Positions 63,528 to 64,000 of a DNA stretch of 64,000 bases are shown piece by piece. Position 1 is the stretch's first letter. Each line of letters begins with the position of its first letter. The notes beneath the pieces are model-generated. The model did no database searches. It was not told where the DNA came from and was given only the letters and a program-made list of their open reading frames with translations. Both the position numbers and the translations under genes were made by a program. Source of the DNA: Ignavibacteria bacterium UBA2360. Its GTDB lineage: Bacteria > Bacteroidota > Ignavibacteria > Tepidaquicellales > OLB5. The DNA lies in the NCBI GenBank assembly GCA_002344125.1, contig DDTQ01000012.1:424763-488762 (forward strand). Direction: 5' to 3'.

Positions 63528-64000
63528 GAAAATTGATCTTCGCATCTGCCGGCAAACCCGGTTTAAGCTCAAACTGCGGATTAGGGATCTCTATCTTGAC
63601 CGCAAAAACTAACTTAGTACGTTCATCGGGTGTCTGTATATTCTTCGGAGTAAATTCAGCCTCCGGTGATATAAAAATTATCTTTCCTTTGTATTCCTTA
63701 TCTTTAAATGCGTCGATCTTTATTTCCGCTTCCTGTCCCAGCTTCACCTTGGCAAGTTCGGTTTCAGGAATGTAAATTACAAGATTCACTGTCTCAAGAT
63801 TGCTTAACCTTAATAACGATCCGCCCATAACTGCATTTTCACCTTCTTCTACAAACTTTTTGGATACAAAACCATCGGAAGGGGAATATACTTTGCAGTC
63901 TTCAATATTCTGTTTCAATAAGTCAACCATTGATACAGCCTTTTTCAGATTTGCCTGGGCCTGCTCAATTTCTTCGGGTCTTATGATTGTTTTTACTTTC
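63523..64000 (-). CDS. HlyD-family membrane fusion / periplasmic adaptor protein, N-terminally truncated by the window edge
   Basis: The frame is open beyond the track's internal start to position 64000 (…KVKTIIRPEEIEQAQANLKKAVSMVDLL…); C-terminal beta-barrel …IPNPQFELKPGLPADAKINFQ. Confidence 0.8.
   Translation of the reverse strand, partial: KVKTIIRPEEIEQAQANLKKAVSMVDLLKQNIEDCKVYSPSDGFVSKKFVEEGENAVMGGSLLRLSNLETVNLVIYIPETELAKVKLGQEAEIKIDAFKDKEYKGKIIFISPEAEFTPKNIQTPDERTKLVFAVKIEIPNPQFELKPGLPADAKINFQ

Overview
Visibly AT-rich bacterial chromosome segment. Gene content suggests the FCB group (Bacteroidota/Ignavibacteriota-like): fused ccoNO, a flavobacterial-type CcoQ-like peptide, YARHG lipoproteins and a TonB. 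This placement is an inference. Layout: (1) 1-9.4 kb holds a partial prophage or phage-like island on the minus strand (terS, terL, portal, scaffold, capsid, neck and tail genes) plus a divergent CI/LexA-type repressor. (2) 9.6-28 kb is a low-oxygen block: two Crp/Fnr regulators, a tandem USP, a ferredoxin, a TonB, two YARHG proteins, and a complete cbb3 oxidase cluster (ccoI, an unlisted 53-aa ccoS, a PLP enzyme, ccoNO, ccoQ-like, ccoP, ccoG, fixH, tauE-like). (3) 28-53 kb is housekeeping: aqpZ, upp, relA/spoT, a PD40 protein, an M28 peptidase, glmS, trxA and dnaE. Mixed in are a family of small predicted outer-membrane beta-barrels and an orphan NuoJ/NuoK/NuoN-like membrane module. That module is interrupted by a GIY-YIG gene and a tRNA-Leu(CAA) sitting inside an array of tRNA-derived repeats. 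(4) 52-64 kb holds a frameshifted RhuM-Fic/Doc gene, a POT peptide transporter, a cluster of small membrane proteins, and a HlyD/ABC/ABC/ABC-2/ABC-2 exporter locus. One of its permeases carries an in-frame TAG, and a beta-barrel gene is inserted antisense. The most unusual signal is non-coding. Almost every intergenic spacer is built from a small set of recurring elements, each described under findings: 7-nt-period microsatellites that begin at stop codons; several GC-rich hairpin families that abut stop codons in a fixed orientation; a hairpin-plus-conserved-tail family in arrays; and a 15-17-nt mini-palindrome (GACTGCC-N3-4-GCAGT) inserted into the loops of other structures, including the tRNA-like copies. 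I found no CRISPR array, reverse transcriptase, integrase or recognisable defence operon in this window.
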